Source: Candidatus Aminicenantes bacterium
GTDB taxonomy: Bacteria > Acidobacteriota > Aminicenantia > Aminicenantales > UBA4085
Assembly: GCA_963848835.1 (NCBI GenBank)
Contig: CAWKFB010000006.1
Span: 180,279 to 244,278, forward strand
Length of the DNA: 64,000 nucleotides
Direction of reading: 5' to 3'
Shown here: positions 36,336 to 45,390 of the stretch, piece by piece
How positions within the stretch are numbered: the stretch's first letter is position 1
How the letters are laid out: each line of letters starts with the position of its first letter
The notes under the pieces: generated by a model
The model's input: only the letters and a program-made list of their open reading frames with translations
The model's database searches: none
Told to the model about the DNA's origin: nothing
Made by a program: the position numbers and the translations under genes

Positions 36336-37784
36336 TCGCGTCCTCCGACGGTCATCTTGGAGATCTTGATCGTCGGGCAGCCGTCCATGACCGGGACATC
36401 CTGGCCTTCCTTGCTGCACGTGCCCGTCTGTTGGCTCCAGTCCAGATCGTCGCCGACCATCTCGATCCTGCGGAGGATGTCGAGGTTCGACCCGATGAGG
36501 GTCGCCTGCTTGACCGGGGCGGTCAGGCGGCCGTCCTCGATCAGGAATCCCGAGCTGACGGAGAACGTGAACTTGCCCGAGTCCTCGACCTGGCCGCCTT
36601 GGAACCGGTCGGCATAGAATCCCTTTTTCACCGAGCGTATGATCTCTTCGGGCGGAGTCTCGCCCGGATCGATATAGGTGTTGGCCATGCGCGGGATGGG
36701 GATGTCCGTGTAGTCCTGCCTCCTCCCGTGGCCCGTCGGCTTCATCTTGAGGATCCGCGCGGACAGGCGGTCCTGGAGGAGCCCCCGGACGACGCCGCGC
36801 TCGATGAGCGTGGCTTTGCCCGGGACCGTCCCTTCGTCGTCGATGCTATAGGAGCCGCGGAAGGACGGAATGGTCGGATCGTCGTGGATCGTCACGAGCG
36901 CCGAGCCGACCTTTTTGCCGATCTTGTCCCAGAAGACCGAGGTCTTCTTGCGGATGAAATCCGCTTCGAGGAGGTGGCCGACGGACTCGTGGATGAGCAC
37001 TCCGGCGTGGCCGGGCGAGAGGACGACGGGCATCTCGCCCGCGGGCGCCGGCCGGGCGTCGAGAAGCTGAAGGGCTTCCTCCGCCGCTTCCCGGCCGATC
37101 TCCTCGGGTGTCAGGACGCGGGAGAAATGCTCGAGGCCGACACGGCCTCCGCCGCCCGAGAAGCCGTACTCCCGCAGGCCCGCCTTCTCGGCGATGGCCA
37201 CGCAGGTCAGCTTGACCATCGGCCGCTCGTCGGAGGCGAGATGGCCTTCGGAATCGGCGACGAGAAGGCGCTGCATGCCGCTTTGGAAACCGGCTTTGAC
37301 CTTGTGGACCGCCGGATCGGCGGCCTGGCAGGCGGCGTAAGCCGACCGGACGAGGGCGATCTTGGCTTCGAGCGGGGCCGAGGCCGGCGGCAACTTCGAC
37401 GCGGAAGGGGCTCGGGACGGGACCGATCACGCGAAGATCGGCGGCCTTCGCCGAGGGGGACGAGGCCGCGATGGCGGCCGCGGAGCGCGCGGCCTGGCGG
37501 AGTCTCTCCGGAGAAAGGTCGTTCGTATATCCGTAGCCCGTCTTCTCTCCGGAAAGGACCCGGATCCCGACGCCGAGGGAAACGCTCTCGGATGTGTCCT
37601 TGATGATGTCCTCTTCCATGAAGATGGACTCGTGGGTCCGGTATTCGGCGAAAATCTCGGCGAAATCGCCGCCGGAAGCGAGCGCGGCGTCCAGGACCTG
37701 GCGCAGGAGGGTCGGGGTCAGGCCAAAGCGGTCTTCGAAGGAGAACATGTCGGCCATTCTGGCATAGATAAGCGGCTCCCGCAA
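36332..37784 (-). pseudogene. tldD: TldD metalloprotease, one +1 frameshift
   Basis: HESVGHLLEADF (HExxxH) and the GFYADRFQGGQV...GTCSKEGQ core. The N-terminal and C-terminal frames join at about 37393. Start is TTG at 37784 or ATG at 37757. Confidence 0.8.
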
Positions 37785-37808
37785 GAAGGGCTCCGGGATT
37801 GTACCTTT

Positions 37809-37969
37809 CCCGAAGCGCCGACGATTCCCTTTGCCCGTGCCGCTTTCGGATTTTCGTATTGATTTCTACCCCCCAGCCCCCCTACGACAAACAGGGGGGA
37901 TTTGAAAGCGGCTCGGGAAAGGTGTGCAGGGGGGAGAAGATCAATAAGGAAATTTGGGGGCGCTTCGGG
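37809..37969. repeat. nested head-to-head pair of V-type repeat units
   Basis: Outer helix CCCGAAGCGCC (37809-37819) / GGCGCTTCGGG (37959-37969). Inner unit at 37828-37922 has its own roughly 18-bp helix, an A/T box GTATTGATTTCTA and hairpin CCCCCC-TACGACAAACA-GGGGGG. A second A/T box TTATTGATCTTCTCC reads on the minus strand (37935-37955). Confidence 0.7.
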
Positions 37970-37993
37970 CCATCTTCGGAAATCGCCCCACGC

Positions 37994-39025
37994 TCACTTC
38001 CTGGCCGGCGAGGGAGCGCGCCGTCGCCGGGAGCGGAGCGAGAGAACCAAAATGGCGAGGGCGGCGAAGCCGTATTCGAACAGATTCGTGATGAGATGAA
38101 GGCTGAAGCCCGAGAGTACTGCGGTCGCCCGGTCGAGACCCATCAGGGCGAAAGCGAGGACCCAGGCCGATTCCCAGGTCCCGAAATCGGCGATCCCTTT
38201 CACGGGAAGGATCGAGGTGAGCTCCGCGGCGGTGATGGCCAGGATGAACTTCCAGAGGGCGAACTCGCCGAGGTCGGCCCCTTGGGCCCGGAGGATGGCC
38301 TGCAGGAGGACAAAGAGGGACAGGTACTTTAGGAGCCGGATGATCGAAGACACGAGGAAAAGGGGGAAGGCGATCGCCCGAGCCTGGATCCCGGCCAGGG
38401 ACAAAACGGTTTCGTCGAGCTTCCCGACGGCGTGCCGGGCCTTCGGCTTGTCGGCGAGGCGAAAGAGCCGCAGGACGCCCCGGACGAGACGGATGAAGAA
38501 ACGCGTCGCGGGGACGATCTTCCAGGCCAGGGCGAGGACCAGGATAAAGTATCCCAGGGCGAGCCCGATGAGAAGCGGGCCGGGCACGACGCTGGGCGCC
38601 GTCCGGGCGAAAAGGAGCGCCGCGAGGACGAAGGGAGACAGAGTCAGGAAATCGAAGACGAGCATGATGACCAGGGTCGATGCCGCGGCCTCGAACGGAA
38701 GGCCGATATTTCGGTTCAGGACGACTATATAGGAAAGCGATCCGATCCGGGCGGGCAGGAGGTCCTCGAGACCGTTCCGGACGAACGTGACGAGGAACAT
38801 GTCCCCCCAGCCGATCTTATGAGGCGCGAGCAGCCATTTCGAGCGGGCGGATTTCGCGATGGTCGCGACAAGGCTGATGAGGAGATAGAACGCCAGGCCG
38901 GGGACATGGATCCGGCTCAGCGTTCCCCAAAGATCGCGGAGGGGGATCGAGCTGAAGAGCCAGGCAAGCAGAGCGGCGGCGATTAGAATCGAGATCAGGA
39001 TGGAGAGCGGCTTCTTGCCCCGCAC
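37994..39025 (-). CDS. flippase-like / lysylphosphatidylglycerol-synthase-TM-region family membrane protein
   Basis: Eight predicted helices with a family-like LLPARIGSLSYIVVL segment. Probable GTG start at 39025; the ORF-track ATG at 39130 would read through repeat DNA. The 3' end overlaps a W-type repeat fragment (AATCGCCCCACGCTCAC, 37980-37996). Confidence 0.6.
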   Translation of the reverse strand: MRGKKPLSILISILIAAALLAWLFSSIPLRDLWGTLSRIHVPGLAFYLLISLVATIAKSARSKWLLAPHKIGWGDMFLVTFVRNGLEDLLPARIGSLSYIVVLNRNIGLPFEAAASTLVIMLVFDFLTLSPFVLAALLFARTAPSVVPGPLLIGLALGYFILVLALAWKIVPATRFFIRLVRGVLRLFRLADKPKARHAVGKLDETVLSLAGIQARAIAFPLFLVSSIIRLLKYLSLFVLLQAILRAQGADLGEFALWKFILAITAAELTSILPVKGIADFGTWESAWVLAFALMGLDRATAVLSGFSLHLITNLFEYGFAALAILVLSLRSRRRRAPSPARK

Positions 39026-39118
39026 GGCCGTATCTTCGCATTGTCGTTCGGGGCCCGTCAACCCAATCGAGCGCCCACGATAATGGATTGTGGGCTCCCG
39101 GTGAAGAGGGTCAAGGGG

Positions 39119-39180
39119 AGCGAACATCACGGAAGGGGGGCCCCTTTGGGGGGAACCGGGACGGGTTCCCCCGTGAGCGT
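39119..39180 (-). repeat. repeat module W, partial copy without closing helix
   Basis: GCGAACATCACGGAAGGGGGGCCCC..GGGGGGAACC-GGGACG-GGTTCC..CGTGAGCG aligns with 53832-53898 and with the reverse complement of 9956-10020. Indels relative to the other copies break any common reading frame. Confidence 0.65.
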
Positions 39181-39290
39181 TGAGTCATCCCGTAGCTCTC
39201 CTTGTTTGACCCGGTTCATCATGATATTCTGAAACTCCAAAAATGGGACCGATCATCGGCATTTTCCCGCTCTTCGCCCAGGAGGCCGAC

Positions 39291-41954
39291 ATGCTTTCGA
39301 CGCATCCTATCCGATCCCTCGTCGTCCTCGCCCTGGTTCTGGGGGCAATCGCGGCCGTCCGCGCCGTTGCCGCCGCCCCATCCGGGCCGGGAGCTCCGAC
39401 GGACCTCAAATGCGAATATCTCGTCGATCCTCTGGGGATCGACGTCCGAGAGCCGCGGCTGTTCTGGATCCCCTCGCATCCCGACCGGGGCGGGAAGCCT
39501 TCGGCCTACCAGATCCTCGTTTCCAAGGATCCTTCCTGCGCCAAAGGCGACGTCTGGGACAGCGGCGAAGTGGTTTCGCCCGAATTCATTCAGATCGTTT
39601 TCAAGGGCAAGCCGCTCGTCTCCGACACGACCTACTATTGGAAAGTCCGGACCTGGGACGCTTCGGGCGCCGTCGGCCCGTACAGCACGGTAGCCAAGTT
39701 CTCCACGGGCCTGCTGACCCCGTCTGAGTGGAAAGCCAAGTGGATCGGTGGAGGGAACGAGCTGCGGAAGGAATTCGAGGCCCCCGGAACCGTGACGCGG
39801 GCCTTCGTCTATATGAGCGGGCTCGGGTATTCCGAGCTCTATCTCAACGGCGCGAAGGTTGGGACGAGCGTCCTCGACCCGGCCTGGACGACTTACGAAA
39901 AGCGCGTTCTCTATGCCGCATACGACGTGACCGCCATGATCCGAAAAGGAAAGAACGCTCTGGCCGTCATGCTCGGGGAAGGCTGGTACAAGAACCGGGC
40001 CCTCCTCCTCGAGCTCCATCTCGAGACGACGGGCGGGAAGACGGCCGTCATCGTGAGCGATGAAAGCTGGAAGGCCGCCCAAGGGGCCATCGTCGAGGAT
40101 AGCGTTTATCACGGCGAGGCCTACGATGCCCGTTTGGAGACGCCCGGCTGGGACCTCCCGGGCTTCGACGACAAAGGATGGAAGAAAGCGGCCGCCGTCG
40201 CCGGGCCGAAGGGCGCGCTTTCCGCCCAGATGATGCCGCCGATCCGGGTCGTGGATACGCTCGTTCCGCTCAAGATGACGAGCCCGAAAGCCGGGACCTA
40301 CGTCTTCGACATGGGGCAGAACGCCAGCGGCTGGGCCCGCCTGCGGGTTTCCGGGCCGCGCGGATCGGCTATCCGCCTGCGCTTCGCCGAGCTCCTCTAC
40401 GACAACGGGATGATCAACCGGGAAAACCTGCGGAGCGCCCGGGCCGAGGACGTCTATATCCTCAAAGGAGAAGGGGAGGAGACCTACGAGCCGCGGTTCA
40501 CGTATCACGGCTTCCGCTACGTCGAGGTGACCGGTCTTCCCGGGGCGCCGAACGCCGAGACCCTCCGCGGCCGGGTCGTCTACTCGAGCGTGGGCCAGAC
40601 CGGCGCGTTCACCGCCTCGAAGCCGGTCCTGAACGCGCTCCAGCGCATCATCACCTGGGGCCAGAAGACGAACCTCCACAGCATCCCCACCGACTGTTCG
40701 CAGCGCGACGAGCGGATGGGCTGGATGGGCGACGCCCAGGGGACGGCCGAAGAGGCGATCATGAACTTCGACATGGCCGCCTTCTACACGAACTTCGTCC
40801 GGGACATCCGCGACGTCCAGGACGAGGCCGGGACGATCACGGACACCGTCCCGCACATCTGGGGCTCGCGCCCGGCCGACCCGGCCTGGGGCACGGCCTA
40901 TCCGCTCCTCTGCTGGTACATGTACCGCTACTACGGCGACCGCCGCGTTCTCGAGGAGAATTACGCCGGCCTGAAGAAATACGTCGATTTCCTCCGTTCC
41001 AAGGCCGAGAACGGCGTCCTCAAGTACAGCTACTATGGCGATTGGGTGGCCGTGGACAAGACGCCGGGGGCGCTCGTTTCGGATTTTTATTATTACTACG
41101 ACACGAAGGTTCTGGCCGAGATCGCCGCGGTCCTGGGAAAGTCCCAGGACGCGGGAGAATATGCCCGGCGCGCCGATGAGATCAAGGCGGCCTTTCATAA
41201 GGAGTTCTTCGATCCGAAGACCGGCAATTACGCCAACGGGACCCAGACCGCCAATGCCCTGGCCCTCTTCCTCGAGCTCGGACCGGAGCCCGCCCGCGGC
41301 TCGGCCTGGGGAAACCTGTTCGACAACGTCGCCTACAAGAACGACTCCCACTTGACGACGGGCATCATCGGGACGAAGTACATCATGGAGGTCCTGACCC
41401 GCCAGGGCGCGACCGACCTGGCTTACGATATCGCCTGCCGGACGACCTACCCGAGCTGGGGCTATATGATCGAGAACGGGGCGACCACGCTCTGGGAGCT
41501 GTGGCAGAAGCGCGAGGGCCCGTCCATGAACTCCCACAACCATCCGATGTTCGGGAGCGTAGGCTCGTGGCTCTACAAAGCGTTGGCCGGGATCGATATC
41601 GATCATTCCGCCCCCGCCTATGAAAAGATCCGCATCGAGCCCGGGATGGTCCGCGACCTGACCGCAGCTTCGGGAACGATCCAAACCGTCCGGGGCCGGG
41701 TGGCTTCGGTCTGGACGAGGTCCGATGACGCCGCCCGGCTCGACGTCATCATCCCGGTCGGAAGCGAAGCCGAGGTCGTCCTGCCGAAATTCAAGCTCAG
41801 GGAGGTCGTCCTCAAGGAAGGCGGGACTGTGATCTGGCGGGGCCAGAAAGCGGCGGGCCGGGTCCCCGGCGTGCTCGATTGCCGGGAAACTTCTTCATCG
41901 ATCGTTCTGAAGATCGGCTCGGGGGCTTATGCCTTTGAATGGACGGGCCGGTGA
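39291..41954 (+). CDS. alpha-L-rhamnosidase (GH78)
   Basis: GGAGG lies 5 nt upstream of the ATG. Signal peptide present. GH78 hallmarks: KCEYLVDPLGID..PRLFW, YYWKVRTWD, ELYLNG, TDCSQRDERMGWMGDA, WGYM...GATTLWELW. Confidence 0.9.
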   Translation: MLSTHPIRSLVVLALVLGAIAAVRAVAAAPSGPGAPTDLKCEYLVDPLGIDVREPRLFWIPSHPDRGGKPSAYQILVSKDPSCAKGDVWDSGEVVSPEFIQIVFKGKPLVSDTTYYWKVRTWDASGAVGPYSTVAKFSTGLLTPSEWKAKWIGGGNELRKEFEAPGTVTRAFVYMSGLGYSELYLNGAKVGTSVLDPAWTTYEKRVLYAAYDVTAMIRKGKNALAVMLGEGWYKNRALLLELHLETTGGKTAVIVSDESWKAAQGAIVEDSVYHGEAYDARLETPGWDLPGFDDKGWKKAAAVAGPKGALSAQMMPPIRVVDTLVPLKMTSPKAGTYVFDMGQNASGWARLRVSGPRGSAIRLRFAELLYDNGMINRENLRSARAEDVYILKGEGEETYEPRFTYHGFRYVEVTGLPGAPNAETLRGRVVYSSVGQTGAFTASKPVLNALQRIITWGQKTNLHSIPTDCSQRDERMGWMGDAQGTAEEAIMNFDMAAFYTNFVRDIRDVQDEAGTITDTVPHIWGSRPADPAWGTAYPLLCWYMYRYYGDRRVLEENYAGLKKYVDFLRSKAENGVLKYSYYGDWVAVDKTPGALVSDFYYYYDTKVLAEIAAVLGKSQDAGEYARRADEIKAAFHKEFFDPKTGNYANGTQTANALALFLELGPEPARGSAWGNLFDNVAYKNDSHLTTGIIGTKYIMEVLTRQGATDLAYDIACRTTYPSWGYMIENGATTLWELWQKREGPSMNSHNHPMFGSVGSWLYKALAGIDIDHSAPAYEKIRIEPGMVRDLTAASGTIQTVRGRVASVWTRSDDAARLDVIIPVGSEAEVVLPKFKLREVVLKEGGTVIWRGQKAAGRVPGVLDCRETSSSIVLKIGSGAYAFEWTGR

Positions 41955-41959
41955 GGCGG

Positions 41960-42846
41960 ATGATGCGCGCGGACGAAACCGACGAACTGATCCTTCGGGC
42001 GCTCGAAGAGGACATGCCCTTCGGCGATATCACCTCGGAGAGCCTCATTCCCCCGCGGGCGCTGGCCCGGGCCTTGCTCATGGCCAAGCAGCCCGGAGTC
42101 CTGGCCGGCCTCGAGGCCGCGATCCGCGTCTTCCGGGCGCTCGACCCGCGCGTCTCGGTCAACCGTTTCCTCTGCGACGGCGCGGCGTTCAAAGCCGGGG
42201 ACATCCTGGCCGAGATCGAAGGCCGGGCGGTCACGATCCTGGCCGCGGAGCGGACCGCGCTCAACCTCCTTCAACGGCTGTGCGGCATCGCCACGATGGC
42301 CCGCCGGTACGTCGATGCCGTCGCGGGCACGGGTGTCCGATCCTCGACACCCGCAAGACGACCCCGGGCCTGCGCGCCCTCGAAAAATACGCGGTCCGGA
42401 TGGGCGGGGCGTCGAATCACCGGGCGAATCTGTCGGCGATGGTCCTCATCAAGGACAACCACCTCATGATGGTCCCGGATATCGTCCGGGCGGTCAAGCG
42501 CGTCCGGCGGCGGGCGGGGAAGAAGATCCTGGTCGAGGTCGAAGTAACGAGCTTCGCCCAGGCCCGGAAAGCCGTCGCCGCCGGGGCCGACTGGATCATG
42601 CTCGATAATATGAAGCCCGCGGAGATGAAGCGGATCGTCCGCTGGATCGCCGGGCGGGCAAAGGTCGAGGCTTCGGGGAACATCGACCTGTCCACGGTCC
42701 GGAGCGTCGCGCGGACGGGTGTCGACTACATCTCCTCGGGCAAGCTGACCCATTCCGTCGAGTCCGTCGATATCAGCCTGGAGTTCCTCGGCCCGCTCGG
42801 ACGGAGCGTCAGCCGGCTGGGACCCAAGGTCCGGAGGAAGTCATGA
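41960..42846 (+). pseudogene. nadC: nicotinate-nucleotide pyrophosphorylase (carboxylating), one -1 frameshift
   Basis: LEEDMPFGDITS...ERTALNLLQRLCGIAT joins ILDTRKTTPGLRALEKYAVRMGG..NHR...IKDNH...MLDNM at about 42339. The stop overlaps the nadB ATG (ATGA). Length check: 887 nt plus 1 gives 888 nt. Confidence 0.8.
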
Positions 42847-44423
42847 CGACACGCCCCCCGGAGCATCTGTCCTCGGATGTCCTCGTCATCGGCTGCGGCA
42901 TCGCCGGAGCGAGTGCCGCCCTCGAGGCGGCCAAGCGCGGATTGAAGGTCATCGTCCTGTCGCGGAACGCGGACCCGCGTGAATCGAATTCCTTTTACGC
43001 CCAGGGGGGGATCGTCACCCTCGGCCCGGACGACGATCCCGCGCTCCTGCGCGACGACATCATCCGGACGGGCGACGGCATCAGCAATCCCGAGGCGGTC
43101 GATGTCCTCGTCGAAGAGTGCAAGCCTCTCGTCGAGGGGATCCTCATCCGGGAGCTGGGCGTGCCTTTCAGCCGCAACGCGGCGGGCGAGCTGGATTACG
43201 CTCGGGAAGCCGGGCACTCCCGCCGCCGGATCCTCCATGTCCAGGACTCCACGGGCCGGACGATCGAGGAGCATTTCATCGCCCGGCTTTGCGCGTTCCC
43301 CAACGTCACCCTCCTCCCGGGCCATACGGCCGTCGACCTCCTCACGATACCCCATCACTCCAGGAACGCGATCGACTATTACCATCCCCCGCGCTGCCTG
43401 GGGGCCTATGTCCTCGAGAACGCTACGGGGAAGGTCAAGTCCATCTTTGCCTCCCAGACGGTCCTGGCCGCGGGCGGCTGCGGCTCGGTCTTCCTCCACA
43501 CGTCGAACCCTCCCGACGCGATCGGCGCCGGCTACGCCATGGCCCTCCGCGCCGGGGCCCGCATCGTCAATATGGAGTACATCCAGTTCCATCCGACGTC
43601 CCTCTTCCACAGGGACGCGGCGAATTTCCTGATCTCCGAGTCCGTCCGCGGCGAAGGGGCGCGTCTCAAGACGCCGGACGGCCGGACGTTCATGGAGAAA
43701 TACAGCGACAAGGCCGACCTGGCTCCGCGCGACGAGGTCTCCCGGGCGATCTACGAGGAGATGATCAACACGAACTCGAGCCACGTCCTTCTCGACCTGG
43801 CGTCCTACGCGAAAGTGGACATCGCCGCCCGGTTTCCCCTGATCCACCAGACCTGCCTCCGCTTCGGGATCGACATCACCCGCGATCCCATCCCCGTCGT
43901 CCCGGCCGCGCATTTCTGCTGCGGCGGGGTGCTCGTCGACATTTGGGGAACGACGTCGCTCGACGGCCTGTCCGCGGTCGGGGAGGTCGCCTGCACGGGA
44001 CTCCACGGGGCGAACCGGCTGGCTTCGACGTCGCTCCTCGAAGGCCTGGTCTGGGGGACCCGGGCCGGGCGGAGGATCGCCGAACGTCTCGGCGCGGCCC
44101 GGCCGCCGTCGCCGGCCAATGTCCACGAATGGTATTATCCCGACCGGGAGGAGGCGATCGATCCCGCCCTTGTCCAGCAGGACTGGCTGACCATCCGCTC
44201 GATCATGTGGAACTATGCCGGGATCATCCGCACGGCCAAGCGCCTCGAGCGGGCCAAAGCGGACCTCGAGTATCTCCGCCACCGGATCGAGCGCTTCTAC
44301 CGGGAGGCGATGATGGACGCCTCCTTGGTCGGTCTGAGGCACGGGATCGAAGTCGCCCTGATGATCACCCACGCGGCGCTGGCCAATCCGGTCAGCCTGG
44401 GGGCGCACTACGTGAAGGCGTGA
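42843..44423 (+). CDS. nadB: L-aspartate oxidase
   Basis: FAD fold DVLVIGCGIAGASAALEA, then AQGGI, EYIQFHPT, GGVLVD and LHGANRLASTSLLEGLV. Intact 526 aa. Confidence 0.9.
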   Translation: MTTRPPEHLSSDVLVIGCGIAGASAALEAAKRGLKVIVLSRNADPRESNSFYAQGGIVTLGPDDDPALLRDDIIRTGDGISNPEAVDVLVEECKPLVEGILIRELGVPFSRNAAGELDYAREAGHSRRRILHVQDSTGRTIEEHFIARLCAFPNVTLLPGHTAVDLLTIPHHSRNAIDYYHPPRCLGAYVLENATGKVKSIFASQTVLAAGGCGSVFLHTSNPPDAIGAGYAMALRAGARIVNMEYIQFHPTSLFHRDAANFLISESVRGEGARLKTPDGRTFMEKYSDKADLAPRDEVSRAIYEEMINTNSSHVLLDLASYAKVDIAARFPLIHQTCLRFGIDITRDPIPVVPAAHFCCGGVLVDIWGTTSLDGLSAVGEVACTGLHGANRLASTSLLEGLVWGTRAGRRIAERLGAARPPSPANVHEWYYPDREEAIDPALVQQDWLTIRSIMWNYAGIIRTAKRLERAKADLEYLRHRIERFYREAMMDASLVGLRHGIEVALMITHAALANPVSLGAHYVKA

Positions 44424-44429
44424 CGGCGG

Positions 44430-45281
44430 TCAGAACCGCAGCCTGAGCCCGGCCGAGATCCCGAACCCGCTGAGGTCGAGTCCGGCCGCCCGCACGTTGA
44501 CGAAGGACGGCTCCGCCGGCTCGTCGGCGGAGAATGTCCCGGACGGGTATGCCTGAGTTCCCACGATCAGGTCATAGGCCCAGAACTTGGCCTCCGGCGT
44601 CTGGCTGGCGCTCTGGCCGAGAAACCAGCTCGTCGTATCGGCCAGATCGCCTTTGAGTTGGCTGATACGCAGGAGACGTCCGTCGGCCTGGAGGACGAGA
44701 GCCAGCCCCGGACGGAGGGCCCATTCCAAAGTCGCTCCCCCTTGAATTCCGATCGTCCCGGTCTTGGCGGAGAATTCGCGGGAATCGCCGTAGGCGAAGA
44801 AATCCGTTCCCAGGGATTGGCGGTGCCGGAAATCGACGAGATAATATCCCGCCCCTCCGAAAAGATCGAGCCCGAGGCGTTCCGCGAGGGGGACGGAGGT
44901 GTGCAGGTTGAGGGTGATCGGGATGACGGACAGCTTGGAATCGAACGCGTCTTCCAGGTTGACGAAGAGCCAGAAATATCGGAACCGGTTTTCGACGCTC
45001 ATCCGCTCGTAGCCGGCGCCGATCCCGATTTCCAGGTTGTTCGCGACGGGGATGAGGACCTCCAGCCCGCCGCGGAGGTCGAGCCGGAAAGGCCGGAAGC
45101 TCCCCTCGAGGCCGCCGGCGGCGTCGCGCAGCGCGTCATAGGCGCCCCGGAGGGAGCGGCTGTAGTCTCCATCGAGGAGATAGTTCATTCCGCCCGTCAG
45201 CTTGACGGAAACGCCGGCCCAGGCTCCGGCCGTGGCGAGGAGGAGGAAGGTCCCGCAGAGGAGGGCGGCCCGTTTTCGCAT
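44430..45281 (-). CDS. putative outer-membrane beta-barrel protein (paralog of 29264-30256)
   Basis: Signal MRKRAALLCGTFLLLATAGAWAG. The C-terminus ...LDLSGFGISAGLRLRF parallels ...LDLSGIWLGGGVFVRF of the other copy. Confidence 0.6.
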   Translation of the reverse strand: MRKRAALLCGTFLLLATAGAWAGVSVKLTGGMNYLLDGDYSRSLRGAYDALRDAAGGLEGSFRPFRLDLRGGLEVLIPVANNLEIGIGAGYERMSVENRFRYFWLFVNLEDAFDSKLSVIPITLNLHTSVPLAERLGLDLFGGAGYYLVDFRHRQSLGTDFFAYGDSREFSAKTGTIGIQGGATLEWALRPGLALVLQADGRLLRISQLKGDLADTTSWFLGQSASQTPEAKFWAYDLIVGTQAYPSGTFSADEPAEPSFVNVRAAGLDLSGFGISAGLRLRF

Positions 45282-45390
45282 GTTCGTTTCCCTACTTTTC
45301 AGTTTAATTGAATGTCCGCGAAAGTCAAACCGTTTGACATTTCGCACGTCGCGGTTAAAATAAGTTGTTTAAAATCACGGAGTTCATGAC

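Noticed and set aside
34303-37784. Nitroreductase plus TldD/PmbA as a microcin-B17-like RiPP maturation cluster.
   Set aside because: There is no precursor peptide and no cyclodehydratase or YcaO gene. The nitroreductase is convergent to tldD-pmbA and separated from it by a large palindrome. TldD/PmbA are common housekeeping proteases.
39219-41684. Very long antisense or out-of-frame ORFs (for example 39219-41684, 45355-47964, 50375-52336, 42726-44408 and 6593-8116, all on the minus strand).
   Set aside because: Their Arg/Gly/Pro/Asp-rich composition is typical of stop-codon-poor non-coding frames in high-GC DNA. Each lies opposite a gene with clear family motifs.
45282-45390. A T-box riboswitch upstream of ileS.
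   Set aside because: The leader is only 109 nt. It has no recognisable specifier loop, T-box sequence or terminator/antiterminator pair.
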